A DNA stretch of 63,893 nucleotides, filler included, from Mycoplasmatota bacterium (GTDB lineage Bacteria; Bacillota_I; Bacilli_A; RF39; UBA660), in the NCBI GenBank assembly GCA_012727915.1. It is 9 parts of 9 records of this genome, joined end to end, with 100 filler letters (N's around TTAATTAATTAA, not from the genome) between each part and the next. Parts side by side here need not be neighbours in the genome. Positions count along the whole stretch, not along the records: positions 26,117 to 38,351 come from JAAYGD010000074.1; positions 38,452 to 45,155 come from JAAYGD010000075.1; 7 more parts are not named here. One strand, written 5' to 3'. The first letter of the stretch is position 1; each line of letters starts with the position of its first letter. The position numbers were made by a program, and so were the translations under genes. Below the pieces are notes generated by a model. It did no database searches, had not been told where the DNA came from, and saw nothing but the letters and a program-made list of their open reading frames with translations. Of this stretch, positions 31,664 to 41,071 are shown in pieces.

Positions 31664-32123
31664 CTAATACCTCACTATATTCACTCCACACTATTACTTC
31701 TGAAGTGGCATTTTTATATCCAATCATAGTATATTTTAATATTTCGTTTTTTACAAAAAATTGAATATCATAAAAAACTTTTTCATCTTCTTTAAAGTTC
31801 TCTAAACTTTTCAAAAAGTTTTCTTTAGCTAATTCAATTGTTAATGATTCATTAGCATTAATAATTAAGTTAATAATTTTTCCTTTTATATCAATATTTA
31901 TTGATTGAATATTTTCATCTCCTTGATAAATACTTAATATTTCGTTTTTTCTAGTTGAATCAATAGTTACATTCTCTATTCCATCTAATCTACTACCATA
32001 TGCCGATTTATAATCATCTGGATAAAGAAAATTCTTTAAAAACAAGAAAGAAATTATTCCCATAATTAAAAATACACCAATATATATAAACACTTTATAT
32101 TTCTTATAAAAAGCTTTCATCAA
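31638..32123 (-). CDS. Hypothetical membrane-anchored protein
   Basis: N-terminal TM, YGSRLDGI, YDIQF; overlaps the GGDEF gene start. Confidence 0.7.
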   Translation of the reverse strand: MMKAFYKKYKVFIYIGVFLIMGIISFLFLKNFLYPDDYKSAYGSRLDGIENVTIDSTRKNEILSIYQGDENIQSINIDIKGKIINLIINANESLTIELAKENFLKSLENFKEDEKVFYDIQFFVKNEILKYTMIGYKNATSEVIVWSEYSEVLDEAEAEEE

Positions 32124-32174
32124 TAATCACCTCAAACTATCATAATTATACTACAAAGACAACTTATGTTCAAA

Positions 32175-33599
32175 TCATTTTATTAATACTTCTTTTATTA
32201 ATTCCAAGGAAATAATAGGATCTGCATTACCGTTTGTTTCCTTCATAACTTGACCCATTATATATTTTTCTAGCTTAATTTTATTATCTAAATTAGAATT
32301 AATAAAATTACTATTATTATTAATAATATTATTTATTAAAAGATTCAATTCTTCTTTATTAGTTATTTTTATTAATCCCTCTTCTTTTACTATAACATCA
32401 ATATCTTTACCAGTTTCTAATATCTTTTGTATTATTACCTTTGACATTTTAGAAGATATTTCATCATTTTTTATTTTGTTTACTAATCTATTAAGAATAC
32501 TTGGGTTTATATATGTATTATAAATTGAAACCCCTGTTTTATTTAAATAAGACAAGATATCACCGGTCAATAAATTAGATGAAATAATAGGATCAGCTCC
32601 TAAAGAAATGGTTTCATTTAAAAATCCATTTAATTCCTTATTACTAATTAAGGCATTTATTCCTATATCGTTTATTCCATAACTTCTATATTTTTCTCTT
32701 AATTCATCTGGTAATACTAGCAATTGAATAGAATTAATCCAAGCATCATCAATATGAACTCTAGGAATATCCGGTTCCGGAAAATATCTATAATCATTTT
32801 TTGTTTCCTTAGTTCTCATCAATATCGTAGAATTAGCTTTCTCATCATATTTTCTGGTTTGCTCTACAATTAATTCATTATTATCAAATAATATTGATTG
32901 TCTTTCTATTTCAGAAAGAATTGCTAATTTAATACTATTTATTGATCCAACATTCTTTATTTCTACTTTATGACCTAATTTATCATATTCTTCTTTTCTA
33001 ATTGATACATTAACATCACATCTCATACTACCTTCTTCAATCTTAACATCACTTATATCTGAATAGGATAATATTTCTCTCAATTTTTCTACATATAAAA
33101 CAGCTTCTATTTCATTACTTATATTGGGTTTAGATACTATTTCTATTAAAGGAATTCCTGATCTATTAAAGTCCAATAAAGTTAATCCTTTTTCATGAAA
33201 ACTCTTAGCAGTATCTTCCTCCAAATGAATCTCTTCTATATATATTTTTTTCTTCATTTGATTAACTTCTATTTCAATATAACCATCATAACCAATAGGA
33301 TAATCTTGTTGAGTAATTTGATAATTCTTAGAATTATCTGGATAAAAATAATTTTTTCTATCAAAATATCCATCTATATTTATTTTACAATTAAGAGCTT
33401 TAGCACATTTTATTCCAAAATCAAAGATTTCTTTATTTAAAGTTGGTAAAGCTCCAGGATATCCCATATCTATTTCATTTGCTTCACTATTAGCGGTTAA
33501 TCCATATGTATTTTTCGAATTAGAAAACGCTTTATTCTTTGTTTTTAATTCACAATGAACTTCTAATCCTATAGTAGGTATATATGCCATATTACTCAC
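32175..33599 (-). CDS. gatB: Asp/Glu-tRNA amidotransferase subunit B
   Basis: IGLEVHCEL, FDRKNYFYPD, EGSMRCDVNVS, DYRYFPEPD. Confidence 0.97.
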   Translation of the reverse strand: MSNMAYIPTIGLEVHCELKTKNKAFSNSKNTYGLTANSEANEIDMGYPGALPTLNKEIFDFGIKCAKALNCKINIDGYFDRKNYFYPDNSKNYQITQQDYPIGYDGYIEIEVNQMKKKIYIEEIHLEEDTAKSFHEKGLTLLDFNRSGIPLIEIVSKPNISNEIEAVLYVEKLREILSYSDISDVKIEEGSMRCDVNVSIRKEEYDKLGHKVEIKNVGSINSIKLAILSEIERQSILFDNNELIVEQTRKYDEKANSTILMRTKETKNDYRYFPEPDIPRVHIDDAWINSIQLLVLPDELREKYRSYGINDIGINALISNKELNGFLNETISLGADPIISSNLLTGDILSYLNKTGVSIYNTYINPSILNRLVNKIKNDEISSKMSKVIIQKILETGKDIDVIVKEEGLIKITNKEELNLLINNIINNNSNFINSNLDNKIKLEKYIMGQVMKETNGNADPIISLELIKEVLIK

Positions 33600-35013
33600 C
33601 CCTCTTATAATTACTTTCTAAGAAAGCCGCAAATTTATATATTGTCTTTTCATCAAACATATTACCTATAATTTGTAATCCTATTGGTTTATTACTTCCA
33701 ATAGGTAAACTCATAGCGGGTAATCCAGCCATATTTACGGGAATAGTTAATATATCATCCATAAAACTTTCATTAGAACTCTTATTTGTACCCAAATCAT
33801 AAGGAAAACCAGTAGTAGTAGGACCAATTATCAAATCATAATGATTAAACAATTGATACATATTATCACTTAATTTCTTTCTAATAGATAGTGCTTTCTT
33901 AAAATATATATCAACATTTTTACCGCTTAATACATATGAACCTATCATAATTCTTCTTTTTACTTCGTCTCCAAAGCCTTCATTTCTTGTATATTTATAA
34001 AAATCATCTATATTTGTAATTTTCTTATCAGTCTTATAACCAAATCTAACACCATCAAATCTTGCCAAATTAGAAGAAGCTTCAGCAAGCGCGATAATTT
34101 GATATAAAGGTATAGCATAATCTATAAAATTTATATCTACATAATCCACTAATACATTATTTAATTTTAAAAAATTAATAACTTTATTTATTTTGTTTCT
34201 TATTTCTATATCCACTTTTTCACTCATATAAAAATTTGGAATACATACTTTCATTCCACTAATTGTTTTACCAATCTCACTAGTAAAATCTTCATTAGTT
34301 TCAGAACTAGTCAAATCTTTATTATCAATTCCAGAAATAGCATTTAACAAAATAGCATTATCAATAACACTATTAGTTATTGGCCCAATTTGATCTAAAG
34401 AAGAAGAAAATGCAACCAATCCATATCTAGATACTCTTCCATATGTTGGTTTTAAACCCACAACATTGTTAAAAGCAGATGGTTGTCTAATAGAACCTCC
34501 AGTATCGGAGCCCAATGAAATAGGAACCATTTTCAAAGCTACAGATACTGCGCTTCCCCCAGATGAACCTCCAGGAACTTTAGTCTTATCTATTGCATTT
34601 AATACAGGACCATAATAACTTGTTTCATTAGTAGATCCCATAGCAAATTCATCCATATTTGTTTTACCAATTATTATAGCGTTTAATTTGTTTAATTTCT
34701 TTACAACTGTCGAATCATATATAGGAATAAAATCATCAAGTATTTTTGAAGCACAAGTTGTTTTTAAATCCTTAGTAATAATATTATCTTTTAATGCTAT
34801 TGGAATACCAAATAAAATATTATCTACTTCTTTGTTTTCAAGCTCTATTGCTTTTTTTATTGCTTTTTCTTTATTTAATGTAATAAAAGCATTATATTCC
34901 ATATTGTTTTCTATCTTTTCAAAAGCCTCATTAACCAAATCAATAGGTTTAATTTCTTTATTTTTTAACTTTTGATTAATAGTAATTAAAGGCAAATCAA
35001 AGTAGTTACTCAT
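33592..35013 (-). CDS. gatA: Asp/Glu-tRNA amidotransferase subunit A
   Basis: GKTNMDEFAMG, PGGSSGGSA, GSDTGGSIRQP. Confidence 0.97.
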   Translation of the reverse strand: MSNYFDLPLITINQKLKNKEIKPIDLVNEAFEKIENNMEYNAFITLNKEKAIKKAIELENKEVDNILFGIPIALKDNIITKDLKTTCASKILDDFIPIYDSTVVKKLNKLNAIIIGKTNMDEFAMGSTNETSYYGPVLNAIDKTKVPGGSSGGSAVSVALKMVPISLGSDTGGSIRQPSAFNNVVGLKPTYGRVSRYGLVAFSSSLDQIGPITNSVIDNAILLNAISGIDNKDLTSSETNEDFTSEIGKTISGMKVCIPNFYMSEKVDIEIRNKINKVINFLKLNNVLVDYVDINFIDYAIPLYQIIALAEASSNLARFDGVRFGYKTDKKITNIDDFYKYTRNEGFGDEVKRRIMIGSYVLSGKNVDIYFKKALSIRKKLSDNMYQLFNHYDLIIGPTTTGFPYDLGTNKSSNESFMDDILTIPVNMAGLPAMSLPIGSNKPIGLQIIGNMFDEKTIYKFAAFLESNYKRGE

Positions 35014-35284
35014 TTTCTACCTCCACTTTTATGAAATCTCCTGCTCTATTCTTTACATTAATTAAAACATCAACTTTATCTTCCTCTTCCTTATTAGAAA
35101 ACACATTAAAGTTATTTGAAGGGGATATCATTATTTCTTCATTTATATTTAAAGATTCAATTGTTTCAATATTATTTAATATTTCATCTAAATCTTTTCT
35201 ATATTTTTCTATATCTAAATCATTCATATGAAGTTTTGCTAAATCCGCAACGTGCATTATTTGTTCATTAGATAATTTATACAT
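35006..35284 (-). CDS. gatC: Asp/Glu-tRNA amidotransferase subunit C
   Basis: HVADLAKL motif, size, position before gatA. Confidence 0.88.
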   Translation of the reverse strand: MYKLSNEQIMHVADLAKLHMNDLDIEKYRKDLDEILNNIETIESLNINEEIMISPSNNFNVFSNKEEEDKVDVLINVKNRAGDFIKVEVENE

Positions 35285-35314
35285 ATTAACACCATCCTCT
35301 TAATAATTATAGCA

Positions 35315-35342
35315 TAAAAAAACTACCTTTTAGGTAGTTTTT
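35315..35342 (-). terminator. Terminator after hup
   Basis: AAAACTACCT-ttt-AGGTAGTTTT symmetric hairpin. Confidence 0.7.
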
Positions 35343-35350
35343 GTTAATAA

Positions 35351-35623
35351 TTAATTAACTGCGTCTTTTAATTTACTTCCAACTTTAAATGATACAGCAT
35401 TTCTTGCAGGGATCTTAACAGCAGCGCCTGTTTGTGGGTTACGAGCTGTTCTAGCTGCTCTTTTCTTATTGTTGAATGTTCCAAATCCAACTAAAGCAAC
35501 TCTATTATGTTTCTTTAAACCTTTTGTAACTCCTTCCATAAATGCTTCCAATGCACGTCCTGCATCAGCTTTTGTTAATCCTGCTTTTTCTGCCATAAAT
35601 TCTACTAATTCAGCCCTATTCAT
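35351..35623 (-). CDS. hup: DNA-binding protein HU
   Basis: LVGFGTF, RAARTARNPQTG, SFKVGSKLKDAVN. Confidence 0.96.
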   Translation of the reverse strand: MNRAELVEFMAEKAGLTKADAGRALEAFMEGVTKGLKKHNRVALVGFGTFNNKKRAARTARNPQTGAAVKIPARNAVSFKVGSKLKDAVN

Positions 35624-35784
35624 AAATATTACCTCCCATAATCTTTATTTATAAGCATAGGCTATGCTTATATCTATATAAATACCATTTTTATTTGAAA
35701 AAATCAATAGTTTTTGTTAAATTTAAAGGATTTAAGCAATATTTATAAGGTTTTTTAATATAAAAAAACAAAAAGAGTAAATAA

Positions 35785-36999
35785 TTACTCTTTTAACATA
35801 CTATTTAATATGCTTTTATATTTTTCTACTCCGTTTTGAGTAAATACCTCTTCATTGTCTTCTAACAAACCACTCATGGCTACTGATACCATAAAGAATT
35901 GCATTAAATACCCCATATTTGATTCATTTAATTCATCTAATTCAAATAAGTTAGAAAATATATTATCATCATAATGAGCTTTGGAAACAGCTTTATAAGC
36001 AATATCATTTATTTCAGAAAGATTTTTTCTATATCTTTCTATATATATGTTATTTCTATTATTCTTTATTACAAACAATGTTTCAAATATAATTTTAGGT
36101 CCTTCTTGAATATATTGACCCATTGAATGAAGATCTCTAGTGTTAATAATACTTATAGGCAATATTCCCTTATTATTTTTACCAAGTGATTCTGCATATA
36201 ATTGTTTTAACCACTCTAAGAAGTAATATAATTTTGGTTCATAAGAAGTATAAGCTTCAATTTGTTTTCCATTATCTATCATAATATCTCTAATCAAAGC
36301 ATATCTAGCTTGATTATTTATATCTTGCATAGCTTCTTTTGCGCCATTAATTATATTTTCTATATTAATTCCTGATACACATACAGGTAATAAACCAGAT
36401 TCAGTAAAAACAGAAAATCTTCCACCAATATTTTTAAAGGTATCTATTACATCAAATTCTTTTTCTTTAGCTTCTTTATACAACGTATTATTTATAGACA
36501 CTTCAGTAGTAATAATAACTCTTTGTTTCAATTCATCTTCTTTATACTTTTCTTTCATTTTTGATAATAAAATATCATATGTTGTAAGAATTTCCAAAGT
36601 ATTTCCCGACTTAGAAATAACATTAATAATTACTTCTTTTTCATCCATTAAATTTAATACATAATTTATATAATCATTGGATAAAGAATTACCTACAAAC
36701 ATGACTTGAGGCTTTTGAGTTTCATTTTTATAATAAGGATTTAAAGCATCTATTAAAGCTTGAGAGCCCATATAAGAGCCTCCAATACCTACCACTAAAA
36801 ACAAATCACAATTTTCTTTAATATAAAGGGCTTTTTCTTTTATTTTAAATATTTTATCATCATTACATAAATTATCGATATCATACCAACCCATCATATC
36901 TTTATGCTTCTCAAAGAACTCTTTAACCCCTTTTAATTTTACTCCATTCTTTTTATAGTCTTCAATCTTATTGTAAGTTACGAAATCAAATTTTATCAT
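35785..36999 (-). CDS. pgi: Glucose-6-phosphate isomerase
   Basis: GIGGSYMG, ISKSGNTLE, IGGRFSV, QLYAESLGK, DLHSMGQ. Confidence 0.93.
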   Translation of the reverse strand: MIKFDFVTYNKIEDYKKNGVKLKGVKEFFEKHKDMMGWYDIDNLCNDDKIFKIKEKALYIKENCDLFLVVGIGGSYMGSQALIDALNPYYKNETQKPQVMFVGNSLSNDYINYVLNLMDEKEVIINVISKSGNTLEILTTYDILLSKMKEKYKEDELKQRVIITTEVSINNTLYKEAKEKEFDVIDTFKNIGGRFSVFTESGLLPVCVSGINIENIINGAKEAMQDINNQARYALIRDIMIDNGKQIEAYTSYEPKLYYFLEWLKQLYAESLGKNNKGILPISIINTRDLHSMGQYIQEGPKIIFETLFVIKNNRNNIYIERYRKNLSEINDIAYKAVSKAHYDDNIFSNLFELDELNESNMGYLMQFFMVSVAMSGLLEDNEEVFTQNGVEKYKSILNSMLKE

Positions 37000-38351
37000 T
37001 TCTCCCTCCCAATTAGTATATCTACATTATGTTCAATTTTATCATCAATTAATTCCAATTCTTTTACTTTTAAACCATCTAATGATATTGTCTTTTTAGC
37101 TTTATCTTTAATGGTTATATTGATTATATATAATGTTGACTCATATTTATATTTTATTGAGAAACTATTCCAATTTGATGGAACCTTAGGCTCAAAATCT
37201 AATAGTTTCCCTTCTTTTTTCATACCAAGAATATCTTCAATTGCAATTTTATAAGCCCATCCTGCTGAACCAGTATACCAAGTCCATCCTCCTCTTCCTT
37301 TGTGGCTTGTATTAGAATAAATATCAGCCGCTATAACATATGGTTCTACTTTATACTTATCAATTTCCCTATTCATTGGATTAATCATTGAAAAATATTC
37401 ATATGCTCTATCTTTTTCTCCATATTTAATTAAAGATTTAATATACCATAATGCTGCATGAGTATATTGTCCACCATTTTCTCTAATACCTTTTAAATAA
37501 TAACTAATATAACCAGGATTCTTTTCTCCACAAGTGAAAGGTGGAGTTAATAATTTAATAATTCCACTTTTTTTATCAACTAATCTAGCTTCAACTTCTT
37601 GAATAACTTGTTTTTGTTTAGATATATCCGCAACATTCGTTAATATACTCCAAGATTGAACTAATAAATCTATTTCTCCTTCATGATTATTTTTAGATCC
37701 AATTGCATATCCTTCATCATTAAATGCTCTTAAAAACCAATTTCCATCCCAACAATTTGTATTAATAGAATTCAATAACTTCTCATTCTCTTTTTTATAT
37801 TTAGCAATATTTTTCAAAGGTTCTTTCATATATTTCATTATTGATTCAAATTTATTAGTAATGTCATACAAAAACATTCCTACCCAAACACTTTCACCTT
37901 TTCCTTTATGACCAACTCTATTCATTCCATCATTCCAATCACCTACTCCCATTAAAGGAATTCCATGCTTTCCAATTAATGAGAAAGATCTATCTATCGA
38001 TAATTTTAAATGATTATAAAGAGGTGAAGTTCTTTCCAATTTATAATAGCTTATTCCTTTTTCTCCTTCTGTAGGGCTTAATTCTGGTCCCTTAATAAAT
38101 GGAACTTCTTCATATAATATTGAATAATCTCCAGTTATTTTTATGTATTCTAAAGTAACATAAACTAACCATAAATAATCATCAGAAAATCTTGTTCTAG
38201 AACCCAAATTTAAATCTTCATGCCACCAATGAAGAACATCTCCAGTTTCAAATTGATGTGATGCACAATTTAATATAATAAATTTCGAATATTTAGGATC
38301 ACTATATAGAATAGACATAGAATCTTGAAGTTGATCCCTAAAACCATAAGC
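36996..38351 (-). CDS. GH94 glycoside phosphorylase (cyclic beta-1,2-glucan synthase C-terminal-like), 5'-partial
   Basis: AYGFRDQLQD at contig edge, GDVLHWWH, GDWNDGMN, RENGGQYTHAA, WTWYTGSAGW. Confidence 0.9.
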   Translation of the reverse strand, partial: AYGFRDQLQDSMSILYSDPKYSKFIILNCASHQFETGDVLHWWHEDLNLGSRTRFSDDYLWLVYVTLEYIKITGDYSILYEEVPFIKGPELSPTEGEKGISYYKLERTSPLYNHLKLSIDRSFSLIGKHGIPLMGVGDWNDGMNRVGHKGKGESVWVGMFLYDITNKFESIMKYMKEPLKNIAKYKKENEKLLNSINTNCWDGNWFLRAFNDEGYAIGSKNNHEGEIDLLVQSWSILTNVADISKQKQVIQEVEARLVDKKSGIIKLLTPPFTCGEKNPGYISYYLKGIRENGGQYTHAALWYIKSLIKYGEKDRAYEYFSMINPMNREIDKYKVEPYVIAADIYSNTSHKGRGGWTWYTGSAGWAYKIAIEDILGMKKEGKLLDFEPKVPSNWNSFSIKYKYESTLYIINITIKDKAKKTISLDGLKVKELELIDDKIEHNVDILIGREK

Positions 38352-38451
38352 NNNNNNNNNNNNNNNNNNNNNNNNNNNNNNNNNNNNNNNNNNNNTTAAT
38401 TAATTAANNNNNNNNNNNNNNNNNNNNNNNNNNNNNNNNNNNNNNNNNNNN
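38352..38451. other. Artificial contig linker
   Basis: N/TTAATTAATTAA/N spacer. Confidence 0.99.
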
Positions 38452-38474
38452 AAATGCATCTTACTTTCTTTCAT
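38452..38474 (-). CDS. Start of an unidentified gene (MKESKMH...), cut by linker
   Basis: GGAGG RBS and TTGAAA-N17-TATAGT promoter upstream. Confidence 0.5.
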
Positions 38475-38498
38475 ATATCCTCCCTATTAACACTATAT

Positions 38499-38512
38499 CG
38501 AACATACGTTCT
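38499..38512. promoter_or_regulatory. LexA (SOS/Cheo) box
   Basis: CGAACATACGTTCT matches CGAAC-N4-GTTCG and lies in the promoter spacer. Confidence 0.8.
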
Positions 38513-38550
38513 ATTTTCAATAATTTGATATAAAAAATTATAAATAAACA

Positions 38551-38578
38551 AAAAACGACTTTTCGTTAAAAAAGTCGC
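38551..38578 (-). terminator. Terminator after galE
   Basis: Minus strand GCGACTTTT...AAAAGTCGT followed by a T run. Confidence 0.65.
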
Positions 38579-38596
38579 ACTATTCAAAATAACGTT

Positions 38597-39571
38597 TTAT
38601 TTATTATTAATTTTTCTTCTAAATTCTAAATCTGTTTTAATCATATCATCTAATGTATATTTAGGAATCCATCCTAATAAATCTTTAGCTTTAGAATTAG
38701 ACGCTATTAACTTAGCTGGATCTCCTTCTCTTCTTTCTACTATTTCATAATTTACTTTTCCATAAATACTCGCAGCATCAATTACTTCTTTTACTGAATA
38801 ACCATTATTAGATCCTAAATTAACTAGTATTGATTTATTATTATTTAATATGTATTTAGCACCCAATATATGTGCTAAAGCTAAATCTGTAACATGAATA
38901 TAATCTCTTATACAAGTACCATCAGGAGTATCATAATCATCTCCAAACACTTTCATTTTATTTCTAATTCCAAGTATCGTTTGAGTAACTATAGGTATTA
39001 AATGTGTCAAATTATCTTTATCTAATCCAATATCTAAAGACTTATCTGCACCAGCCACATTAAAATATCTAAATATACAATAATTCATATTATATGCATT
39101 GCATACCCATTTAATCATATTTTCAGTTGCTAATTTTGATGCCCCATATGGATTAATCGGTAATGTTATATCATCTTCTTCACATATAGGTTTAATAGGT
39201 TCTCCGTATACTGCAGCAGTACTACTAAATACCACATTTTTAACCCCGTATCTAATCATTGCATCTAGCATTAGCCTAACACCTTCAACATTATTATAAT
39301 AGTATTCTAAAGGCATTTTAACACTCTCAGGAACAATTAATTTGGCTGCGAAATGCATTACCACATCTATATTCTTTTCACTATCAAATACTTTATCTAA
39401 ATCTTCTTTCTTAGTTATATCTCCCAAATAAAATTTAGCACTCTTATGTATCATATTTTCTTTACCAGTAGATAGGTTATCCATTACTATTACTTCATTA
39501 TTATCTCTAATAAGTTCATATACAGCATGACTTCCTATATAACCAGCACCACCAATTACTAATACTTTCAT
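38597..39571 (-). CDS. galE: UDP-glucose 4-epimerase
   Basis: GGAGYIGSH, FSSTAAVYG, YGASK, RYFNVAGA, DGTCIRDYIHV. Confidence 0.96.
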   Translation of the reverse strand: MKVLVIGGAGYIGSHAVYELIRDNNEVIVMDNLSTGKENMIHKSAKFYLGDITKKEDLDKVFDSEKNIDVVMHFAAKLIVPESVKMPLEYYYNNVEGVRLMLDAMIRYGVKNVVFSSTAAVYGEPIKPICEEDDITLPINPYGASKLATENMIKWVCNAYNMNYCIFRYFNVAGADKSLDIGLDKDNLTHLIPIVTQTILGIRNKMKVFGDDYDTPDGTCIRDYIHVTDLALAHILGAKYILNNNKSILVNLGSNNGYSVKEVIDAASIYGKVNYEIVERREGDPAKLIASNSKAKDLLGWIPKYTLDDMIKTDLEFRRKINNK

Positions 39572-39625
39572 ATATCCTCCTAATAAGATTATATCACTAT
39601 ATAAAAAAAGAATGATAATATTTAT

Positions 39626-40537
39626 CTATCTTTTTTTCTCTAAAACTTTTCTAACAGAAGGATAGTCTCTTAAAGTTGTTTCTTTCATCCCTAGATTGCC
39701 CAACATTGGATCTCCTATATTATTTTCAAATCTTTCATAGTATATTTCTTTTGCATCTTTTTTATCATCAAATATTAAATTAAGTAAAAGTTCAATTCTT
39801 TTTTCACTTTTTCTTTTTGTGCTTAATAAATTATTTACTTCTATTTGATATTCATAAAAATCAAATATTTCCTTAGAGACTTTTACAAGGCTTCCAAATA
39901 AAATAATATTTTCTTTTAATGTTTCTTCATCCAACGTTCCATTAGGAACTCTAAATTCTACTGTGTTCTTTTCTGGATTCCCAATATTTCTTACGTTTAA
40001 CCCATAGGATTTTCTTTTAGATATGGCACCTTCTTTTATTTTTTTTGATTCATCTATAGTAGAACTACTCATTATTTTTTCTTTTTTCAAAGCACTTTCT
40101 ACATCATACATTATTCCAACAATAGATGATGCATGATTTGAACATCCTCTTCTAATCCTGCCTCCACGCGCATTAGATATAGCGCATAATTCTTTTTCAA
40201 AATATTTATATATTACTAGTAAATTTAATATTGATCCTAGATTTTCCAAATAACTTGCTCCAAAATGTATATGTCCACCACAACTATTATCTACTGAAAA
40301 ACCATTAGATTTAATAAAATATAAAGTATCCTTAAGTCTATGTAGATCAAACTCATCATACTTCATTATTGGAGAAATAAATTCTATACCATTAACATCA
40401 TCTAAAGATGCATCTCTTTCTGCATTAAAATCCAAAGGATTTGAATCAATAAACTCTGTAGCTTTGTCTCCTATACATTCAAGTTCAACACCAAAAGTCA
40501 TTTCAATTGGCAAAGAAACCTTATCTAATATCCCCAT
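39626..40537 (-). CDS. Amidoligase (COOH-NH2 ligase) family protein
   Basis: TFGVELE, DASL, EFISP, CGGHIHFG, TVEFRVPNGTL. Confidence 0.85.
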   Translation of the reverse strand: MGILDKVSLPIEMTFGVELECIGDKATEFIDSNPLDFNAERDASLDDVNGIEFISPIMKYDEFDLHRLKDTLYFIKSNGFSVDNSCGGHIHFGASYLENLGSILNLLVIYKYFEKELCAISNARGGRIRRGCSNHASSIVGIMYDVESALKKEKIMSSSTIDESKKIKEGAISKRKSYGLNVRNIGNPEKNTVEFRVPNGTLDEETLKENIILFGSLVKVSKEIFDFYEYQIEVNNLLSTKRKSEKRIELLLNLIFDDKKDAKEIYYERFENNIGDPMLGNLGMKETTLRDYPSVRKVLEKKR

Positions 40538-40560
40538 AAATCCCCCTCTTATGAGGCACT

Positions 40561-40588
40561 ATTATACTTATTATATATTCTTTGTCAA
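40561..40588 (-). promoter_or_regulatory. Sigma-A promoter
   Basis: TTGACA-N16-TATAAT on the minus strand. Confidence 0.75.
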
Positions 40589-40645
40589 ATATGAGCAGAC
40601 AAAATTCTACTTTTTTATACAAAAAAAGAATCAAATCGATTCTTC

Positions 40646-40997
40646 TTAAGGTTGATAGTTTATATTAGCATCTGCAGGAAAAGCTCCGGGGGGTAATATT
40701 AATACTAGATGAATTATTATTTATTGTTGCGCTCATATTAAAACAATTACCATAGAAGGCATTTTTATTAATTGTTGTTACAGTAGAAGGGATTGTAATA
40801 CTTGGAATATCATTATATCCAAATGCATGGCTTTCTATTGTTGTTATAGTGCTGGGTATAATGATATTAGTTATATTCAATCCACCATAGCTTACTAATA
40901 TAGTATTATCTATACTTCCATCATTATTTCTCTTATATATAAATGCTTGATTACTTGGAAGTTTATTGTTATTAAATGCATTGACGCAATTACAGCT
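40646..40997 (-). pseudogene. BspA-type leucine-rich repeat protein remnant
   Basis: NAFNNNKLPSNQAFIYKRN...IIIPSTITTIESHAF...ITIPSTVTTINKNAF; no proper start; probable frameshift in a C6 run. Confidence 0.7.
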
Positions 40998-41071
40998 TTA
41001 CTTCTTATTTCTAAGTTACTTATTATATTATTCATAAACTCTCCTTATTATTGATTTAATAATAGCATTTT

